DNA from: Oikopleura dioica | Taxonomy: Eukaryota > Animalia > Chordata | Assembly: GCA_907165135.1 (NCBI GenBank) | Contig: OU015567.1 | Coordinates: 3,162,001 to 3,226,000 of the forward strand | Reading direction: 5' to 3' | Length of the DNA: 64,000 nucleotides | Part shown: piece by piece, positions 13,780 to 27,049 of the stretch | Numbering within the stretch: position 1 is the stretch's first letter | How the letters are laid out: each line of letters starts with the position of its first letter | Made by a program: the position numbers and the translations under genes | Notes under the pieces: model-generated | Seen by the model: the letters and a program-made list of their open reading frames with translations, nothing else | The model's database searches: none | What the model was told of the DNA's origin: nothing

Positions 13780-16700
13780 ATGATGGAAAACCGCTACAAA
13801 ATTCATAATGAAAATGTTGGGATCAGTTTTACGAATGGAAAGCTCTTGACCTGGGGAGAGAGTCTTGTCAAAGCTTGGCCGAAAGGGTTGGAAGAAGAAT
13901 GTGAGGAGTTAGACTGTTTCGGTGATGTCAGATGCGCAGTATCGGCAAAACATGGCGATAAAATTCTAGGTAAGCAGCTCGATTATTTTTCAACGAATTG
14001 GAACTCCTAAAACTTGTATGAAATGGGTAGATTCTCCATGTTTTACCACTTTTCTACCATTTTGTAGTGCACGTGACTTCCGAAAACGTCGATACAGAAA
14101 GCTACGAGTGGCCCTCCCTTCTCGAAGACAAAAACTACACCCTCTTCCGATTCACCTGCGACATCGGCTGCATCGCGACTCTCGAGAGTCAAGCAATCGC
14201 CGGCGCTGGCGACTTCAAAATAAAACACAAAGACACACAAGCCGACAAAGAGACAATCCTAGAAGGTCATGAAGCCCCGATCCTCAGTGTTTCCCTCGAT
14301 CCCCGCCGGGAACTCGCTGCTTCGAGCTCCTGCGACGGCTTCTTCAAAATCTGGGATCTTTCTTCGTCGCAGTCGATTTTCGAGCAAAAATTGTTCATAA
14401 GATGCAGCGATATTGAACATGCCAAATGTCCGGCGACGGTGGAATTTCAGCCAGAAAGTGGAGAGCTCATCGCAGTTTTGGTCGAAAATGGAGCGCAGGT
14501 TTTCAACCGCTCTGATAGAACTTTGCTTCATGAGATAAGCGACGGAAATGAAGCTACAAAGACTCTTGCTTGGTCAAAATGCGGACATGTTCTAGCAATT
14601 GCTTGGATCACAACAGTTTCTTTCTACGACTCAAACAGGTAAGCATAGATTTCGATTTCGTTCAGTGAGATAAACAGCGATAAAAGCACCTTCATCGTTT
14701 TTTTTTTAAGTTTTGCGAAAATTCACGAAATTGAAATAGAAGATAACTCGTCAATTTCATCCCTCTGTTTCACCGATAAAAAAGTCCTCATTGGAGAAAC
14801 GTCTGGTTTCTTGATGGCTGTACATGTCAGCGATTTCATCACTAAAGAAATGAAAAAGAAGTCACCAGCTGCCGCGATGAAAATGTCCTCGGAAAGCTCA
14901 GTCGCCATGTCTGATCGATCAGATTCTGACGATCGAAAGAGGAACCAGTTCGTTGACGATGAAGCGGATGATGAGGACGCTGACGACGATGTGGACGATT
15001 TGGAAGCGCTCTGGGAAGAAGATGCTCGCTCGGAGCCAGAAAATGACGACGGAAACGACGATGCACCAAATTGGAATTATGACGAAGACTCCAACAACGC
15101 AATCAGCCTCAACGCGATCAAAGAAAGTGTCCTACTGGAAAAGCCAAAAGATGATTCAGACGCAGAAGCTGATCCTGACGGTCCAGCGGGGCCGTTCTAC
15201 GACGGTTTACAGCCGTCAAAGCTGCAGAAAGCCTTTCAGCCCGGAGAGACGCCGACTTACAACGCGACGAGGTATCTTTGCTGGAACGCGACAGGGGTCA
15301 TCAAAGGAGTCGTCGACGAGCAGAGAGGAATTTCGTCGATCATCGTCGATTTCCATGACTCAACGCTCCACCATTCGATACAAATTGCCAACCAAAATGA
15401 GTTCGTTCTCGGTGATTTGTCTGAAAGAGGTAGGAGTTTCACTTCATAATCGCCGATTATTAATCGGTGTTTGATGGTTATTTTAGCGATTGTGCTGGCT
15501 TCAAAAGGCGAATCAGAAGGAATCGAGAAGAAAAAGTCCGTCGTCAAAGTGATGAATTTCAAATCCTGGTGGGACAAGAACCGAGAATGGCAAATCGAGT
15601 TGCCAAGAAAAGAAATTGCAGAGTGTGTTTGTACATCTGAAGATTCTGTCGCGGTCGCTACTTCAGTACGGTAATGGGCTCTCTATTATTGCTAAGAAAA
15701 ACAAGTCTTTTGTAGATATCTTCGCGTCTTTTCGCATGGCGGGGCACAGTTAAGGTTGATCTCGATCCCCGGTCAGATCGTCACGATCGCAGCAAATCTC
15801 GAGCAACTGTTCTATGTTTACCATCGCGGACAAGGATTCGAAGGAGAGCAATACATGGCTTGTGGAATAATAACCATCAAAAAGAGTTTCAAGAAAAAGC
15901 GCCAGCCGCTGCCAGTTCCGACTGAGATCTGCCTCTCTTCGGGCGCTCGACTTTCTTGGGCCGGTTTTACGGACGAAGGAACTCCTGCGATTTACGATTC
16001 AAAAGGTGTCGTCAGAATTGGTAAGCCAAAATAACACCAACGAGTTTTAATTCGATTCAAGTGTCGTGGATTACGAATAAATGGATTCCTGTGGCGAACA
16101 TGACTACGATCAAAAAGAATTTCAAGACGGTCGATTGGTGGTACGTGATTTCGGTCAACGAAGGAAACAAAGAAATCGCAGCTGTTCATTGCCACAACTC
16201 GACTTATCCAGAAACACATCCAAGACCTGAAGTTCAAACGCTGAGAATGAACATGCCGCTTGTTAATCCAAAGACGGATATAGCCGTTCAAGAAGCTGAT
16301 TTGGTAAGGAAATCGTTGAAAATACTCTTTTTAAATACAATAAGATAATGAATGAAAACGTAACTGGAACGATTTACTCTCTCCAATCTCGAGGATACAA
16401 GTCGGACGAAACGATGGAAGAACTCGTGCAGAAACAAATCACTAAGGGCATTTTGAAACTTTTGCTTGGTGCGATCATCCAGGACGCTGACGACCGCGGC
16501 TATGAGATTTGCAAAATGCTCGAGAACCCGGCGCAAATTCAAATGGCGGTACGACTCGCCAACAATAAGGTAAACCTCAATCTGTCCTAAAGGCTAATTA
16601 TATTTGTTAGGGACGCGTGAAACTTGCTCAAAAGCTGAATAAGCTTGCTCGTGAGCGATCCGGCCTGGATTCTTCTGATGAAGAGGACGAAATCAACCAA

Positions 16701-17321
16701 GTTATTAATCGAACTAATCGGACAACAATTCGCAGTGGAAGTAACATGTCGGTCGGAAGTAGCCGCTCATCAGGTAACTCATTCGTTTTAGCCATACATG
16801 CTTTATTTAAAAATCAGGGTCTGGTCGATCAGAAAACCTCTTCTCTCGACCATCAGCTTCAACCTCTCGTCAGGCAGAGCGAGAAAAGGCTGCGGAGCAG
16901 CTTGTTCGTCGAAAAGCTCACAATCCTTTTGCCCAAAAAACTGGCGGGGAAAACAAAGAAAACGAAACGAAAGTAAAGCTCGATGAACTGCCGAAAATGG
17001 AGGTTCATCGATCCAAACCAAAGACCTCGAGGGAGAAGTTCGCCAACTTCAGGTTAGTACTTTGTTATCATCCGTTATTCGTTCACTAAAGCAATTATTT
17101 TAAGGAACAAGCAGAAAAAATCCAACGCCGCTGCCAAGTCAACCAAGGTCCAAGGCAAGATCAATTTCGGCAAGAGAAAGGATACCCCTGCCGAGCTTCC
17201 TGCCACAAAAAAGCTGAAAACCTCTTCTTCCACCCCTTCTGCCTCAAAAAATACGAGTGGATCAGCTGTGACAGCTTCTGTAAATATGGACGATTTCGCA
17301 GCTGGCTCTGACTCGGATTAG
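13780..17321 (+). CDS. WDHD1: WD40/SepB replisome hub protein (AND-1/CTF4/Mcl1 family), multi-exon
   Basis: N-terminal WD40 repeats (LEGHEAPILSVSLDP...SSSCDGFFKIWD), an acidic linker, then the SepB-region motif QKAFQPGETP...RYLCWNATGVI and SFKSWWDKNREW. The intermediate exons join plausibly; the final stop is approximate. Confidence 0.88.
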
Positions 17322-17367
17322 AAAAAACAAGAAAAAACATTCCTCACCTACAGTTAGGCAAAAATTT

Positions 17368-17916
17368 GGGTGCGCGTCAATAGCTACGGTTTGGGGGGTT
17401 TGCGTCAGTAGCTACGGTTGCGTCAATAGCTACGGTGCGTCAATAGCTACGGTTAAAAATGAGTCATAGGGATCATAGAAATTGACACACAGTTTAGGGT
17501 GGGCATCAACCTAGGTCGGGTTGCCGGTAATTTAGAAAATGACAAGAATCTGAAGCTATCTAAGTCGGTCGGAACGAGAGTGTTGTCGCTTTTCGCTTAC
17601 AAAAATGATACCAATATGAAAAAATACCATTTTTAGCCTTTATTCAACAAACATTGTCCACAATGTTACTTATTACTTTTTTGTAAGCGAAAAGCGACCA
17701 CACTCTCGTTCCGACCGACCTAGATAGCTTCAGATTCTTCTGGTTATCTCAATAACCGGCAAACCCGACCTAGGTTGATGCCCACTCTAAACTGTGTGTC
17801 AATTTCTATGGTCCCTATGACTCATTTTTAACCGTAGCTATTGACGCACCGTAGCTATTGACGCAACCGTAGCTACTGACGCAAACCCCCCAAACCGTAG
17901 CTATTGACGCGCACCC
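17368..17916. mobile_element. Non-autonomous foldback element/MITE, ~238-bp terminal inverted repeats, 9-bp TSD CAAAAATTT (Mutator-like)
   Basis: 17368-17605 is the near-perfect reverse complement of 17678-17916. Ends are GGGTGCGCGTC...GACGCGCACCC. CAAAAATTT flanks both sides (17359-17367 and 17917-17925). Each arm has four subterminal GCGTCAATAGCTACGGT-type repeats. Confidence 0.92.
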
Positions 17917-18014
17917 CAAAAATTTTAGTTCACTGTTTTTGTTCACTCACTGCCTTTATCAATAAAAGTTTTCACAATTTCGAATCACTTTTCAAAATCT
18001 TACAATTCAAGAGG

Positions 18015-21000
18015 ATGTTGAGAAGTTCTGGCTTTCGAAATCGGCTCGTTTCCGCCTCTCAGCGACTCGCTTCTTCCTCACTTTCCTCGAAATCCCTCGA
18101 GCAAATCGGCCAGCTCCAGTTTAATCATGGCGTAATAAATGAAAGAATCCGGGATGAAATATGGGAAGGAATAATCGATCCTTCAGCCGAACTGCCAGAT
18201 AAAAATTCCACCTCGTTGTTTCTTAATGCTTATCGGCGAAGTTTTCTTGATGGGGTGCTTCCTACGAGTTCGATTTTGTCTGACTTGGAGTCGGTCGATC
18301 ATGAGCGACGCATCGCCCTTCACAATGCTAGTTTTATGAATCTTATACACGACCCTCGCAGCACTACGAGCCTAACAGAAGATGCAAAACAGTACATGAC
18401 CCTACTACGGGAATGCAAAGTCGTTGCATCGCCCCTTCTCGAAGTAGAAATGGTGCTCTGGGAGCTGTACCACGAATCGAACCAGCTCGCCATCGCGGCT
18501 GCGCAAAAATTATTAAATTTCAACCTTGAAGAAGCGAACCAAATGCGCCTGATGTTTGGCCGTCTACTGATCGAAAAATCGGCAGAATACGATGATATCC
18601 AGGGCTCGCACGCAATCATGCGCGATTTAAAGCTACCAAAGAACTTTGAGCGTTTCCTAATCCCGAGCTTCTATCGCGTGGGAAATCAAAAAGAGCAATT
18701 TGCTCAAGAGGAAAGGCTCAAAGGACTAGAACGAGGCGGCCGGGTTTCTACTGAACGCAAGAATACCTACTTATCATTGTTAGTTAACGCTGTGGAGCGA
18801 TTTGACGCAAACGAAATCAACAGAATTTTGAGAAAAATTGAAGCCGAAAAGTGGTCTCTTCGCCCAAGAGACATCGTCACACTCTACCGATCTCTTCATA
18901 ATGATGGTAAATTCGACGTAGCTCAACATCTTCGAATTCTTGAGAATTTCATGCGGCACTCAACCCCCTTCCAGCTAGTGACAAATCACGATGCGCTTTC
19001 AAAGGTGAATAAGTTCGAAGAATCAAGCCCGATGCTCTTGAAATTGTCCAAAGACGTTCTCGAGCAAAGTCCAGAAGAGCTTCCATCGCTTCTCTCTTTC
19101 ATTGCGACCCGACAGGCGATCAAGACCGACGCGAAGAATCCCAAACGAGTTCATTGGGAACGAATTAAAGCTTTTGAAGAGCGCTTCGTCGACTACTCGC
19201 TCAAGCTCTACCGAAAAAACGAGGCTGATCCAATTTTCCTCGGGTCCGTGTTTTTCGCCCAATTTGAAGAAAAATTCAAAGCCGATCGCTTGACCAACTT
19301 CGAGAAGCTCTTCCTCGAGTCCTCTGATGAAGATCGTGAAGAGCTACTTGCCGTTTTTGCTGAAAACATCTCGCTTGGATTCCCGCATTCAGAAGAAATA
19401 ACCAGGAAGAGCCTCGCTGGCTTTTCCGAAAAGTTCATCCAGTTCATTCTTCAAGCTAAAAATTCCTCCTCCACTCAGCACGAAGGCACCAATCAGCTGT
19501 TCATCTCAATCAATGACTTGCTTCTCAACGAATCTACTTCAATTTCGGCCCAGTTTTCTCAAGAAATCGCCCAGTCTTATGTCAACTGGTCAATCAAACA
19601 GCGAGGAACGAGTTCGAGCTTCGCTGCTCTCAATTTATTGCTACGAAAAATGGACATCAACGGCGATCGAGACTTGGCGATAAGACTGATCAAAGACCTT
19701 CTTCTCGCCGCTTGGAATTCGATGGACTCCGAAACCTTCCAGCGGAAGCAGTTCCACAATATCTTTAACCATATCGTTTACTACCCGATGGATTACAGCA
19801 ACTACCTCCAGAAGCAGAAAAAGTTTCAAGAGGTGATTGGCTCGCTTGAGAGCCATCAATACGTCGATTTCCCGACACAGTCGGAGAAGAACCAATTTGT
19901 TGACTTGCCAACAGAGATGAGGCAATTGCTGATTCTTGAGCCATTAGGACAGCTTTTTGGATATTTAGACGACAGTCTTCAGGTAAAACCTGTCACAGCT
20001 TTCAATTCCAGATAATGATCTTTGTAGCTGATTAAAAACGACCCGGACGAAGTGGAAGTCTCAGAACTCGCCTCAATGGTCACTCTCATCGCCACCCAGC
20101 CCCACATCCGATTCCAAGACATTGCCAAAATAAGCAAACCAGAGTACCTGGTCGCTTTGCCTTCCGATTTCATCGTCGATCTCGTCCGTGTTCTTTCAAA
20201 ATCAGATACAGCTGAGCCACTTCTCGATCTTTTCGGGAAAAATGTCGAGATTTTGAAAGTCTGCAGCGATCAAACGAAGCTTTTTGAGCTTCTACCCGGT
20301 ATTTATGACAAGATCCTCCAAACGAGTCAGTCAGAAGAGGTTATTTTCGACTTCCATGAAAAAGTGAAGGATTATGTTGCCGATGCCAGCTACGATTTTC
20401 AACCAAAGCTCTCTCAAATCGAAGTAATCAACTCGACAGAAAAGGTCTCCAGCGCCAGGTGCTTCCGCGGTAGACACATTCGAAATCTAGAATCGCTTCC
20501 TGACCTTGCGTTGTACAGCTCTCTTGCTCGATTTCCTGGATTGTCGACTTCTGCAGTGAGTAAGTTTCCTGATTCAAGAATTCCGATGCTCAAAGAAAGG
20601 TTGAAAATTGCGCTGCTGAATCGTTACGAGACCGGGCCAGAGATCATGGAAAAACTGGAAGAAGTAGGACTGGATCTTCCGCTGGATATTTCGAATATAA
20701 GAGCGCTCTTGGCCGACTTGATAAGCTCCCAAGATCGGCTCTTTTCGAAAAAGATCATGGGCAAGCTTCTGTCAGAAATGATGAACAACCTGAATCTCAA
20801 CGCCAACACCGAGCTCTTTATCGCCGCCTGCTGCTCCGGCCGACTGGACATGGCGGAGCAATTCGGCGCTCGACTTACTCAAGAAAACGTCAACCAATTC
20901 AGCGACTTCCTTGCCAAATCCTATCACTGGGAAAACGTGCGTTTAGGAGCAACACTCAACCCCGCTCGTGCGAAAATTGACCTGAACGCGATTCCAGTCG

Positions 21001-21790
21001 ACGGAAATATTTCACTGATCAAAAATCTGATCCGCGGAGTAGGAAAAATCGAAAATGAACTTGTTCGGTCGAGCTTTGTCGACGCAATCATGGAGAAATA
21101 CATCTTCTTCCTACGAGGCAACTTCGAATCTATCAAGGTAAAATGACATTTCTTGATATTTTTGTAAAATTATATATAGAACGATTCATTTGTCAGCTTT
21201 TTGCAAGACGTCAAAGAGTCCTGTGGAGATATTGGAGATACTAGATGGCTGTATTACTACAATAATTACAGTAGAATCGATCATATTCTCGAGCAAGCGA
21301 CGAAAAGCCTTACGAATCGGTCAACTTCTATTCCAAAATTATTCAAAGAAACATTTACGAAAGAAGAATTTCCTCCTGGATTTACTAAAGGAGCGCGTTT
21401 CAACTTACAAATGTGCTGGAATTAAATTTGATAACCTTTTTTGAACGCGGAAAAAAGCAATGCGAAGCTCAATTTACCAAGATTTCAAAAACAGTTCAAG
21501 TGGCGAAGTTTTCTACAGTAACGAGAATTTTGAAAAGGATTTTCTCGAGCTCATTAGGTTGGAGAAAAATCTCACTGGGAGGGATTTTGATTTGACTCAA
21601 AGACAGTTCTCTGAATGTAAGTTTTGTCTACGGGAATCGATCAATAACTGTCTTTTCAGTAACAAATGTATTGGAAGAAGATGACAAGATCGTTTTGAGA
21701 CGACTTTCGAAAGAGTGCTCGGCGCGATTTAGAGACAAATTGAAAGAAATCGAAGTTGAGAATGATCAAACTCGAGCAACTGCTGTTTAA
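18015..21790 (+). CDS. Large (~1200 aa) helical protein with a mitochondrial presequence-like N-terminus; possibly LRPPRC-like
   Basis: ORFs 17904-20015 and 20052-21146 join across a short GT-AG intron (~19982-20028), with further small exons to a stop near 21790. The N-terminus MLRSSGFRNRLVSASQRLASSS is Arg/Ser-rich with no acidic residues. The family assignment is weak. Confidence 0.55.
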
Positions 21791-22039
21791 AAACTGTATT
21801 TTAACAAATAAAGTCACATTCACTAAAATCTGAAAAGAATAATTTCTAGATGAAATTGATTCTTAACTTTGTCTTGTATTTTTTGCCGGAAATTGAAAAA
21901 ATGAGAGAATTTACGGCAGAAAAACTTCCGAAGCATTTTAAGTTTATCTTCAGCATTTTCATTTGCGCATGTTTTTACGTCGCGGTTTTCAGGCAAGAGA
22001 ACCCAGTTGTAGTCCTTTGAATTGATGTTGGTTTAGCTA

Positions 22040-24631
22040 CCCTGGTTCAAAAAGGGAGCCAGTCTATCAGTTACCCGATGAGTACCGACTTCACGGACTG
22101 TACTGGATTTGGATGATTGTGTGTGTTGTCCTGACAGCGGCGATTTTGACGAAGAATAGTTCAATTTTTCATGCAGCTGCAGCTTTATTCACAGGATCAA
22201 TGGTCTTCATTGCGATGTTTGGATTTCCGGGGGAGAAAAATCCGTTTTTCAGCGGTGACAAACTAAAGTAAGCAACAGTTCACCCGATGTTATCAACGAA
22301 CCGGATACTAATGATTTCAATTTCAAATAATTGTCATTTCATCAGGACATTTCGTTTACCTGCGTATTTCAATTTTATATAATTTTATTGTTTCTACTCA
22401 GGAACGCGATGTGGCCCGTTTTTGGAATGATCAACTTGATGTTCCTGTTCGGCTCTCAGACTTCCGAGGGCAGGTGCGCTCAGTATATTTTGCTGCCAAA
22501 TTACGGGACGAAGATTGCAAGATCCCTCCTTTTTAATCAAATTCTCCTGTTAACCCTCAATGGCCCGTTTAGCAGTTTGCAAACAAACATTATGTCGGTA
22601 AGTTACGCAATTAAAAATGAGTTTTGGAGATATTTTTAGACCTTCGAAACTGCATCTTGTATTCTCGAAGAAAAAGACGCTTACGAGACCGAATTTCGCG
22701 ATCTTTTGAAAAAACCGATCCGAGAAGGATGGAACCAGATGCTGGAAGACTTGATCAAGTTCGAAGAACTAGAAAAAGAGATGGAAGAGCAACTAGACGC
22801 GCAAGCTCTTGATGTTGAGTCAAATGTCGAGGGAGCGACCTTTAGAGGTGATTTGCCTTTTTTATTCAAGCGTAAATGGTAATGCGTGCATTTTCAAGAG
22901 CAAACTGTCCAGAAATGCAAAGAAATGATGGTCACTGCCAATCAGAAATGCCACGATTTCGTGTACTGGAGAGTTATGATGGGCACTTGCAACGCGGCAT
23001 CATCTTCTGTTTTTGCCAAGAAAAAGATGGAGGAAATGGACGCGCATCATAAAGGAGGATTGAAGACGTTTTTCACGATTATGTCCATCAATCCTATTTT
23101 TTCTGGTATTTGCTCGTTGATTGCGGCCGGAATCAAGAATTCCTGCAACAACTTGAATATTGAAAGATGCGAACTTAGGCCAGAAGAAGGCGGTGTTCCA
23201 AGATAAGGTCTTATTAGAAATAAAATGCAAATTCTCTGGCTAAAAAATTGATAAAGCATTCGATTTGAGATCTTTTTAAGTGATGATGCGCTGGTGGAAG
23301 CTGAAAACCGACTTTTCCTTGCAGAAGATGAAATTCTTGGACAGTTCGAGGGAACTGCTTATTTCGAAGGAATAGGCCTGAAAGAGCAAAATTTTTTAGT
23401 GAAAGTTTGTCGCGACCCATAAAAAGTGATTCCCCCGCAACTTGACGAGCTCAATCCTAACCGTCTCATCGGTCGAGTAATGAAGTACAACCTCAACGCC
23501 GTCGAACTCATCGATGTTGTCCGCGCCTTTCTTCGGCTTCTTACAGTTGTCTATGGAATGTCAGCCATCTTCGACTCTTTCAACTATGTTCAAGACTTCA
23601 AAGAACTCTCCTTCGACAACAAATTCATCACGAAGCCTCTGAAGAGAAAAGATCGAAGACGAAAAGAACTTGGAAAGCCGTACATTTTCCCTCTCAAAAA
23701 ACTGGAGAAGAAGAAGTATTTTTCTTTCTTCAGCCCAAGAATCGAGACAGATGAAAAGAAATTGATCATCAAGGCCGTTTTCAGAACTATCATTTACATG
23801 GGGATTGTTTACGGAGCTGTTTGGCTGACAAACAACTTGTATATCGTTTTAAAATGGATGACAACAGGTATTTTTCCTTTAAAAATTAAAAATATAAAAT
23901 CTTCAAAGGATTCGCACAGGAGAAGATTCGAGAAATGCACCACAAACACGAAATAACCGTCATTGGCGAAGGTGTTCTAGCGCAAATCATCCGAAATACG
24001 ATCAGGTAAAAAACTCTATTGAAATCCTTGTTCATGAAATTCTAGGGCTTTTGACAAGATGGAAATCAACATCGTCCAGACCTTCAACACGACAATCTGC
24101 ATGAAAGAAATGAAGATTCTCGACCCAGACTTCCTCGACTCGATAAGAATCTACCAAATTCTCATACTTGCCTCGATAATTTCGACGCCAATAACTCTTC
24201 GATGCCGTCACGTGATTTGCTCGTATTTCTTCCCGTCGATCGCGCATGCAAGAATGATCTGGCTATACAGGAGCATCTTTCAGAATCGAAAAACTTATCA
24301 TAAGCAGGTACCGTAAAGCATGAAAAACATGGCATATAATTATTTAAGATGAGAAAAATGGCAAGAAAGCTGTATAAAACGAACAAAAAGCTTATTACTT
24401 TCTCGAGAGTTGCATTCTGGACTTTTTCAGGAGTAAAATACAAATGCCTCATTTGTCATGTAAAAGGTATTTTTACTAAATTTGAGCAAAAATAAAAATT
24501 ATTGAGGGAAACTCGTGAATTGTGCAATCTGCGAGTGTTTTTACTGCGATCAATGTTGGGCAGAATGCGATCAACTTTGCCCCGTCTGTAAAGGAGAAGA
24601 GTCAGAAATTGAAGAAAAGAAGGATGAGTGA
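22040..24631 (+). CDS. DCST1/2: DC-STAMP-domain protein of the DCST1/2 (sneaky/SPE-42) family; 5' end uncertain
   Basis: TM exon RCAQYILLPNYGTKIARSLLFNQILLLTLNGP; DC-STAMP core SFDNKFITKPLKRKDRRRKELGKPYIFPLKKLE; C-terminal Cys-rich finger CLIC...CAICECFYCDQCWAECDQLCPVC ending in TGA at 24629-24631. Confidence 0.8.
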
Positions 24632-25182
24632 GACAATTTTTTCTGAAAAAAACATTGAAATAAAGAAAATCAACTTTGATTCACAAAATTTCTTTCATCG
24701 AACCTCGTGATAATTTACCTTTGATCGCCATTGTGAGAGTTTCCATAAACCAAAGCCATAAAACTCAAATTCCATGCGTCGTTTTGCCTCGACACTCGCC
24801 ATTTCAAGTGACCACGTTCTCCACTTCTTACGCAAAGCAATCACAAGACACCTTTTCATACAATTTGGAAGAGATTCCAACTAGGCGATTAATGCGTTTT
24901 CCACAATTATTGCGTCTTGAGCGATAACTAGATTTACGAGGTGTCGTTGTCCGCAAACGTCAGACGATACTTGAGAATTTCAATGCTCAAACATAATTTC
25001 ATCTATAAATTGAAAGCCTGCGGGTGCTTCGAATCAGATCAAAAATATGAAGGAATGGATTTTCAAGTCAAAGAGATTCTAGTAAAAATCTGCTTTTAAT
25101 AGAAAAGATTTGCAGTCTTTTCGAGCTCATTTTCGAGCGAATTAAGTTCCTCTTTGAAAATCCATTGATAAGCTTTCAACAG

Positions 25183-26740
25183 CTCTTCTCGCTTCTTCAA
25201 GCACAATCGATGCTGCCCGCATCACTTCAAATGATGTCGTCAACTCTGGCAAGAAATGGATTGTCTGCTACCATACAAACTGGTCCCAATACAGGTAAAG
25301 TTCATCAGAAAACCTTGTCGCTCATTCCTTTCTAGAAATTCTCCTGGTAAATTCTACCCAGAAGACATTGATGGCTCCCTCTGCACCCATTTGATCTACT
25401 CCTTCTCAAAAATGTGCAAGGAAAGCTCCGGCTGGACCATGTGCCCCTACGAATGGAACGACAAAGACGAGACCTGGGCCGACGGCATGTACACTCGATT
25501 CAACAACAAGAAACAAGAGTACCCTCATCTCAAGACTCTCCTCGCTGTTGGCGGCTGGAATCATGGATCGACCGATTTCACCCGAATGTTGGACGAAGGA
25601 TGGGATGCTGTTCGAACCTGGGCTAAGAATTCGATCCAGTACTGCCTCGACACTGGCTTCGATGGACTTGATCTCGATTGGGAGTACCCAGCAAAGACGA
25701 CTGTCGACACCAGTCCCCAGGAAGACTACGAGCGATTCCAGCGAATGGTCGAAATCGTCCGAGAAGAAGTCAACAAGGTCCCCGGATTCCTCCTTACCGC
25801 TGCTGTCGGAATCGGCGTTGACAAGATCTACCACGGCCCCGAGGGAGAAAACCCAAGCTACAACGTCAAGAATCTCTCTGACAACCTCGACATGATCAAT
25901 CTCATGGCATACGACATCCACGGCCACTGGGAAGAACTCACCGGACACCATGCTCCAGCTCACAATAAAATGTCCGACTCACGACTTGATTACACTGATT
26001 CAGTCGAATGGATTGTCGAAAACTGGCTCGTTCAAGGCGCTGACCCCCAGAAACTCGCTCTTGGACTTGGCGCATACGGCCGATCCTTCAAACTTGAAGA
26101 TCCGAGCAACAATGGTTACATGGCTCCAGTCAAGTTGAACTACGCAGGCCTTGGCTCAGGCGCTCCCGGACAATACACCGGCGAAGGCGGATTTCTCTCC
26201 TACTACGAGATCTGTGACAAAATTCGCAATCACGGATGGCAAGTCACTTACGATAGCGAAATCGAAGCCCCGTATGCCACTGGCCAAGGCGATTGGGTCG
26301 GATACGACGACCCCTCATCTATTGTCTACAAGACAAAGATGGCAGAGCACTACCACCTCGGAGGAATCATGTGGTGGGCCATCGATCTTGACGACTTTAC
26401 TGGTCAATTCTGCGGCCAAGGTCCCTACCCACTCATGACTGCAGCCAAGAACTACTGGCACAATGGATACACTACGACCACTGGTGCTCCAATCTCTACC
26501 CAATCGACGACTCAAGGCACTGGTTCAACCCCTAAACCAACATCCTCTCCCGGTGGCGACTGTATTTCCGGCAACTACTATCCTAATCCAGAATTGTGTG
26601 ACCACTATTTTCTCTGCTCAAACGGCGGCAATGTCGATTTCACTTGTCCTCCCGGAACCTACTGGGATACCGACAAGCTTCTTTGTGATTTCGCCCATTC
26701 TGTTGATTGCTGCAACGGAAACCGCCCATGCAATCAATAA
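25183..26740 (+). CDS. GH18 chitinase with Thr-rich linker and C-terminal CBM14 chitin-binding domain; first exon not resolved
   Basis: WIVCYHTNWSQYR|PGKFYPEDIDGSLCTHLIYSF; intact catalytic motif FDGLDLDWEYP; GGIMWWAIDLDDF; six-Cys CBM14 pattern (CDHYFLC...FTCPPGTYWD...CDFAHSVDC). Confidence 0.95.
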
Positions 26741-27049
26741 TCAAAACAGATAAATAACGGATCTCTCGCAACGGACTGACACGAAACTCGACGATACCAT
26801 TTTTTCTCAAGGTGTTCAATAATACCGACCCATTTCTTTATTTCTTTCTGCATAAATTCATCAATAAAACATGTTACGATGAAGTAAAACTGATTTGTTT
26901 CAATCAGAAATACAGTAATTCTCTGAAACTTGAAAAAGCACTGGAACAGCCCAATTATCTTTGTGGCTCCCAATTACTTCAGTTTCGGAAATCTCAAAGC
27001 CGCTCAGATCTATTCTTTCGATAGAGTAATCCCAATACGGTCCATAACC

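Noticed and set aside
17370-17460. CRISPR-like short repeats
   Set aside because: There are no unique spacers, the repeats are mirrored in the opposite arm of a foldback element, and the context is eukaryotic.
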